Below, piece after piece: positions 58,328 to 64,000 of a stretch of DNA of 64,000 nucleotides. Origin of the DNA: an uncultured Acidobacteriaceae bacterium (GTDB lineage: Bacteria > Acidobacteriota > Terriglobia > Terriglobales > Acidobacteriaceae). The stretch lies in the NCBI GenBank assembly GCA_963780975.1, contig CAWAEU010000066.1, forward strand, positions 7,775 through 71,774, given 5' to 3'. A program made the position numbers and the translations under genes. The notes beneath the pieces were generated by a model. It saw only the letters and a program-made list of their open reading frames with translations, was not told where the DNA came from and did no database searches. Every line of letters begins with the position of its first letter. Position 1 is the stretch's first letter.

Positions 58328-60850
58328 CTATTTCAGCGCGGCTAACTCTCGTTTGGCTTCTTCCAGCGGCTTGAAGCCGGCGTCGGCATTCTTCCACAGT
58401 TCGATGGCCCGCTGGTAACTCTGCCCGGCTGCGGCCTTGTTGCCTTGCATGGCCTGTGCGCGCGCGGTCAACAGTGTGGCCATCGTGTAGCTGGGCGCCT
58501 GGCCATTTGCTCCCATCACAATCTGGTAGTAACGATAGCGGAGTGCAGGCTGCAGGATGTTCAATGCGTCTGCGGGGCGATGCAACTGGAGCAGCGCCTC
58601 AGCCTCCACTATGGAAGCGGTGGAGGTGAGCGGATAGGTGCGGGTGCTGTCGAGCAAAACGGAGACCTTTTCCAGATGCTTCTGGTTGAGAGCGACCGCG
58701 GCTTGTGCAACGGGGATGTAGACGGCGCTGAGCAGAGTATGGTCAGGCATTGACCGGGCCAGTTTTTCGAGGTTGGCGAGTGTGGAAGATCCCTGTCCGC
58801 AGAGTGCAAGTGCAATAGAAGCTCCTGGGAGGGTTTGAATCGACGTATCCACGGCGAGCGCTTTACTGGTAAGATCCGTAACCTCGGAACACTCTCCAAA
58901 CTCAGCTTCAAAGAGGGCGGCCGTGGCCAATGCATTGCCCGCGGAATCTGGAGATTTGGCGCGCAGAGCTGACTGTGAGCTGCGCAAAGCAGCATTTCTT
59001 CCCTCGGTAAGCGAACCCAATAAGTAGTAGTTATCACTTACCTGCTGGTCGAGAGTAAATGCATCAGGGCGTTCGCTACCGGTGCTGGCCAGTTGCTTCC
59101 ACGAGGGGTCCCCTGTTTCAAAGGCGTAGATGATCTGGTTGCTGATGAATGAAGTGTCGGAAGTATATGCCGTGGCAGCTATCTTATCGATATACGTCTT
59201 GGCCTCGGTGCTCCTGTCAATTTGCAGCAGCATACCGGCCAGATTGTCGCTGGCCACCATATCCCAGGGAGCCGTCGCAATCAATTTCTTGTAATACGTC
59301 ACAGCTTTCTCAGGATCACCGGCAATCTGAAATGCATTGGCGGAGTTATTCAGGCCGGCAGGATCGTTGGGATATGCCTCAAGCAGACTCTGATAGGCGG
59401 CGATGGTTCCTGGGATATCTCCTTTCACATAAGCCAGGGTCGCTTCGATATAGAGCCGTTCCCGCTCGGTGGCGTGTTCACGCAGGTTGTAGGCCTTGCT
59501 GAGGTATTCGATTTCCATGTTGACCCGTCCCATGGAAGCTTCAGCAATGCCAAGACGAGCGTAGGCCATGGCGAAGTTGGGATCAAGATCGACGGCCTGC
59601 TTGTAGAAAACCAGAGCCTCGGGATCGGAGCCTTTGCGATGCGCGTCCTCGCCCAGCGAGTAGGCGTGAAAAGCTTCAAGCGAAGAGGTCGTGACGTCCA
59701 TCCAGGGTGAGGTTAGCTTTTGCACTGAGGCCAGCGACTCGCCCAGCTTGGCGCGTAGTGTGTTGGCCGCCGTGGAAACGGCAGCAAGCACATGGTTCTT
59801 GTCCGCGGCCTCAACCTGCACGCGAGCAATAGGGTCTCCAGTGGCGCAGTTGAATGCGTCCACCGAGATCACGTAGGAGTTGCCTAAACTGACCAGCGAT
59901 GCAGCAATGTATGCCTTGATGCCTTCCCGCTGGCCCACCTCGCGCGCCAATGTTGGGGTGATGCGCTGGTCGCTGGGCTGATTTAGATAGCGCAGGTCGG
60001 CATGAATCTCCTCATCGCCCACCAGTTGCAAAAAAGGCGACTGTTCAAGTTGGATTGAGAGCGCTTCTTTCAACGTGGCATCGAAGACCGGATCGCCGGT
60101 CTTGTTGTCGAAGTCGGCCAGGATGAGCTTGTCTTTTTCCGTGATGTGATTGCGCTGGCGATGCTGGTAGAAGAGAAAAAAGCCGGCAATCAAGCAGGCG
60201 GCCAGTGCAACGTATCCTGCGCGACGTAGAATCTTCAGGCGAGCTTTGCGGCGAACCTGCTCAAGCGATGGCACCTCGGATTTGCGCAGGCCGTGCTGAT
60301 CGTAGTCCGCATCCCACAGCTTGATGTCGCCCACGCCTTTCAGCGCAAAGGTTCCCAGCGGCCGGAATTGAATGCCGGGCATTTCTCCCAGGTCGAGCCG
60401 GGCGGCATCGGTAAGGATAATCTGGTCGGCGGAGCCAACAGACTCGGCGCGCGAGGCAATGTCCACATCGGTGCCGTGCCAGCTATTCTCAAAAAACTCA
60501 GGCAGGCCGACATGGATGCCGATGCGAAGTTTGAGCGGACCACCGGCGGTCATGATGGGATTGGATTTGAGTCGCATCTGAATCTCGCAACAGCACAACA
60601 GAGCATCTCGGGAATCTTCAAAGGCAAGAAAGAAAGAGTCGCCGATGGTCATGATCTCTTTGCCGTCGTGCTCGGCAAGTGCGCTGCGGATGAGATGAAG
60701 ATGCTTTGACTGGATGCCCTCAAGGTAGGCGCGGTCGCGGGCGGTCGAATCCTGGCCCAGTGAACTGGCGCGCTTTGCCGCGCTGGAGCCAACCATATCA
60801 GTAAACACAAGCGTGATGGGCGTGGTTGCAATTTGCACTGGCTGTTTCAT
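58328..60850 (-). CDS. Class III nucleotide cyclase + TM + TPR-rich domain
   Basis: TLVFTDMVGSS, TIGDSF, LRIGIHVG, LKGVG; TM; ILADFDNKTGDPVFD; DPNFAMAYARLG TPRs. Confidence 0.88.
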   Translation of the reverse strand: MKQPVQIATTPITLVFTDMVGSSAAKRASSLGQDSTARDRAYLEGIQSKHLHLIRSALAEHDGKEIMTIGDSFFLAFEDSRDALLCCCEIQMRLKSNPIMTAGGPLKLRIGIHVGLPEFFENSWHGTDVDIASRAESVGSADQIILTDAARLDLGEMPGIQFRPLGTFALKGVGDIKLWDADYDQHGLRKSEVPSLEQVRRKARLKILRRAGYVALAACLIAGFFLFYQHRQRNHITEKDKLILADFDNKTGDPVFDATLKEALSIQLEQSPFLQLVGDEEIHADLRYLNQPSDQRITPTLAREVGQREGIKAYIAASLVSLGNSYVISVDAFNCATGDPIARVQVEAADKNHVLAAVSTAANTLRAKLGESLASVQKLTSPWMDVTTSSLEAFHAYSLGEDAHRKGSDPEALVFYKQAVDLDPNFAMAYARLGIAEASMGRVNMEIEYLSKAYNLREHATERERLYIEATLAYVKGDIPGTIAAYQSLLEAYPNDPAGLNNSANAFQIAGDPEKAVTYYKKLIATAPWDMVASDNLAGMLLQIDRSTEAKTYIDKIAATAYTSDTSFISNQIIYAFETGDPSWKQLASTGSERPDAFTLDQQVSDNYYLLGSLTEGRNAALRSSQSALRAKSPDSAGNALATAALFEAEFGECSEVTDLTSKALAVDTSIQTLPGASIALALCGQGSSTLANLEKLARSMPDHTLLSAVYIPVAQAAVALNQKHLEKVSVLLDSTRTYPLTSTASIVEAEALLQLHRPADALNILQPALRYRYYQIVMGANGQAPSYTMATLLTARAQAMQGNKAAAGQSYQRAIELWKNADAGFKPLEEAKRELAALK

Positions 60851-60928
60851 TGAATTATTTCTCTTCCTCTTGCGAATCTGAAGCGGTTGCAAATAATTTT
60901 CGACGCTCAATCAGTCAACTACACGTGA

Positions 60929-63476
60929 TTACTTGAGCGCTGTCAGCTCGCGCTTGGCGTCGTCGAGCGGCTTGAAACCGGCATCGGCATTCTTCCAAAG
61001 ATCGATAACCTGCCGATAGCTCTTCGTTGCGCCGGCCTTGTCACCTTGCATAACCTGTGCGCGCGCAGCCAGCAGCATCGCCACGCCGTAACTGGGACAT
61101 TGCCCGTTGGATCCTGTCTGGGTTTCATAGTTTCGAAACTTGAGGGCTGGCTGCAAAATGTTCAGAGCGTCGGCAGGACGATGGAGAGCCAACAGAGCTT
61201 CGGCTTCAATAATGGGCGCGACGGAGGCAAGCGCATAGGTATGCGTGCTCTCAAGCAACTCAGTTACGGCCTGCGGCCTATGCTGCTCAAGAGCCATTGC
61301 GGCCTCCGCCTCGGGTAGATACACCATATTGAGCAGCGTGTTATCGGGCGAGGCGGTTGCCATCTTGCGCAGAGCGGACAGTTCGCTTGAACCCTGCCCG
61401 CACATCGCCAAAGCATCGGCCACGCCAGGCAGCGTTTGAATCGACGCATCGTAGCTCAGCACCTTGCGGGCAATGGCCGTCACCTGCGAACAATCACCGT
61501 ACTGCGCCTCAAATAATGCGGCCGTCGCAAGCAGATTTCCGGCCGCATCGGGCGCCTTCACTTCAGCAGCATACCGCGCCCCGTGCTCGGCTGAAGATCG
61601 GCCCTCCGCAAGCGCCCCCTGCATATAATTCATGTCGCTGAGGGCCTCGTCCAGTTCGAAACCATCCGGACGGCTGTTGTCAGCCAGCGCAGAACGTTTC
61701 CACGATGAATCCCCGGTCTCAAATGCGTATACCGCCTGACTCACAAGCAACGGCGTATCGGTGCCGTTGGAGACGGCCGCGCTCAAATCGATGTATTTTT
61801 TTGCATCCGTGGGGTTATCCAGAGAAAGCAGCGTGCCGGAAAGATTGTCATCCGCCGCCAAATCCCATTTTGCACTATCCGTAACCTGCTTGAAGTAGCT
61901 CGCCGCCTTCACATTGTCGCCAGAGGCGGTATACATGATGGCCATGTTATTGAGACCAGATGGATCGTGGGGATAGGCACCAAGCAGGCTCTCGTAATCT
62001 GAGATGGCCTCAGGAAGATCGCCTCTGGCGCTGGCATATTGCGCGGCTATATAAAGCCGCTCGCGCTCAGTAGCATGCTGGCGCAACTCATTGGCCTTGC
62101 TGAGCGCAGTCAGCGCCTTCGACGCCTGGCCGCTATTGCTGTAGACCACGCCAAGCCGGGCATAGGCCATGGCAAAATTGGGATCGAGATCGATGGCCTG
62201 CTTGTAAAAGACCATGGCCTCAGGATCGGCGGCCCTGCGGTGCGCATCTTCGCCAAGCGAATAGGCATGAAATGCTTCCAGCGACGATGTGGTCACATCC
62301 ATAAACGGAGTAGAAAGCTTTTGCACTGAAGCTAACGATTCGCCGAGTTTAGTGCGCAGTGTAGTTGCGGCAGTGGAGACGGCGGTGAGCACCTGGCTTT
62401 TGCTGGTCACCTCCGCCTGGGCGCGGGCAATAGGGTCGCCTGTGGCGCAGCTGATCGCATCCACCGAGACCACATACGACCCGCCGAGGCTTGCGACAGA
62501 GGCGCTGATATAGGCCTTGATGCCCTCCCGCTGCCCGATCTCGCGCGCCAGATCAGGGGTAATGCGCTGCTCGGTTGGCTGGTTCAGATAGCGAAGATCG
62601 GCGTGCAATTCCTGATCGCCCACTAACTGCAAAAAGGGCGACTGCTCCAGCTGGATCGAGAGAGCTTCCTTCAGCGTCGAGTCAAAGACCGGATCGCCGG
62701 TCTTGTTGTCGAAGTCGGCCAGGATGAGCTTGTCCTTTTCTGTAATGTGGTTGCCCTGGCGGTGCTTGTAGATAAAGAACCCTCCAACCAACAAGCAAGC
62801 GGCCAGCACTCCGTAACCAATGCGCTGCAGCAAGTTGCATGCGATGATTGCGGCGCACCTGCTCCAATGAGAGGATTTCCGGTTTACGCGGGCCGTGCTG
62901 GTCATAGTCGGCGTCCCACAGCTTTATGCTGCCCACGCCCTTCAGATCAAATGTGCCCAAAGGTCGAAGCTGGATGCCGGGAAAATCGCCTAGCTGGCTC
63001 CTGGCCGCATCGGTCAGGACGATCTGCTCCCCTGAACCGGCTGATTCTGCGCGGGCGGCGATGTCCACGTCAGTCCCGTGCCAACTGTTCTCAAAAAACT
63101 TCGGCGTTCCCACGTGGATGCCGATGCGTAGCTTCAGCGGTCCGTTGTCGGTCATAATGGGCGCAGCCTTCAGCCGTAATTGAATTTCAGAGCAGCAGAG
63201 CAGCGCGCTTTTGGGATTATTAAAGGTGAGGAAGAAAGCATCGCCAATGGTCATGATCTCCTTGCCGTTGTAGGCTGAAAGGCACTCGCGGACCACGTGC
63301 AGATGGCGTGACTGCACCACATCGAGGAAGGCTTCGTCGCGCGCCACGGCATCGGCTCCCAGCGTGGCAGCACGCTTGGCGGCGCTGGAGCCCACCATAT
63401 CAGTGAAGACCAGGGTAATGGGAGCGGAGGAGTTTTGATCGGGCCATTCAATCAACTGTTTCGCGATATTATCCAT
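60929..63476 (-). CDS. Class III nucleotide cyclase + TM + TPR-rich domain, paralog (frameshift ~62840)
   Basis: Same motifs split across ORFs 62682-63476 and 60929-62905. Confidence 0.85.
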
Positions 63477-63517
63477 GGGCGGTCTCCGAGGTCTTGCATT
63501 GTTGTGTTAATGGCATC

Positions 63518-64000
63518 TTATTTCAATGCCGCGTACTCTTTTTTGGCGGCAACGAGCTGGGGCAGATCGGAGTCGGCCTCTTTCCACAAATCCAGAAGCT
63601 GCGCATAGGTTTTCTTTGCGGAGCTCTTGTTGCCGGTCATGGTGTAAGCACGCGCCAGTCCCAGCAGGCCCTGGCCGTAGTCTTGCATCCCTAGTGCCAG
63701 GGCGTTGCCTTTGTATTTAGTCGCCCGCTGAAAGGCTTCGATGGCGTTGGCGCCGTCATGCAAATCGAGATAGGCCAATCCTTCCAGATAGGCTTCGTTG
63801 CTGACCAAGTAAAAGGCTTTCGATCCCTCCAGTTCATGCAGCGCTGCCTGCGGCTGGTGTGCGGCCAGCGCCAAGGCGGCTCGACTCTCCGGCAGGTAGA
63901 CGCGCTGGATGATGGTGTCTTCCGGGTAGTCCTTATCCAGCTTCGTCAGCAGCGGCAGAGCGTCGGCGCGGTTGTTGCATAGGGCCGCGGCAAAGACCGC
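63518..64000 (-). CDS. C-terminus of a third related TPR-rich protein (partial)
   Basis: YPEDTIIQRVYLP...GLARAY...LWKEADSDLPQLVAAKKEYAALK, homologous to the C-termini of the two cyclases. Confidence 0.8.
   Translation of the reverse strand, partial: AVFAAALCNNRADALPLLTKLDKDYPEDTIIQRVYLPESRAALALAAHQPQAALHELEGSKAFYLVSNEAYLEGLAYLDLHDGANAIEAFQRATKYKGNALALGMQDYGQGLLGLARAYTMTGNKSSAKKTYAQLLDLWKEADSDLPQLVAAKKEYAALK

Noticed and set aside
58328-63476. Pycsar or CBASS defence system
   Set aside because: Cyclases are fused to TM + TPR receptor-like domains and no cNMP-binding effector lies alongside

Overview
GC-rich bacterial chromosome segment. The gene set and REP-like intergenic palindromes suggest Acidobacteriaceae (inference). 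It holds a LysR-linked leuABCD-ilvD-ilvBN-ilvC cluster, pheA, a MqnP/UbiA-like prenyltransferase, a small AT-richer island with a MazEF-type TA pair, a GH36 alpha-galactosidase, tRNA-Glu(CTC), recJ, tmk-holB, an Hfq-like gene, tsaC/Sua5, secA, ileS-lspA and an M1 aminopeptidase. Many genes carry single-base frameshifts, most likely long-read indel errors. The most unusual elements are: (1) four tandem TMTC-like GT-C/TPR glycosyltransferases; (2) a tandem array of membrane-anchored class III nucleotide cyclases with non-canonical base-specifying residues; (3) a ~190-nt rod-like structured RNA candidate with a terminator, preceded by a 31-aa ORF; (4) a secreted disordered protein built from recurring short motifs; (5) an AT-rich in-frame patch inside ileS; (6) inverted 7/8/9-nt tandem-repeat hairpins at gene junctions.
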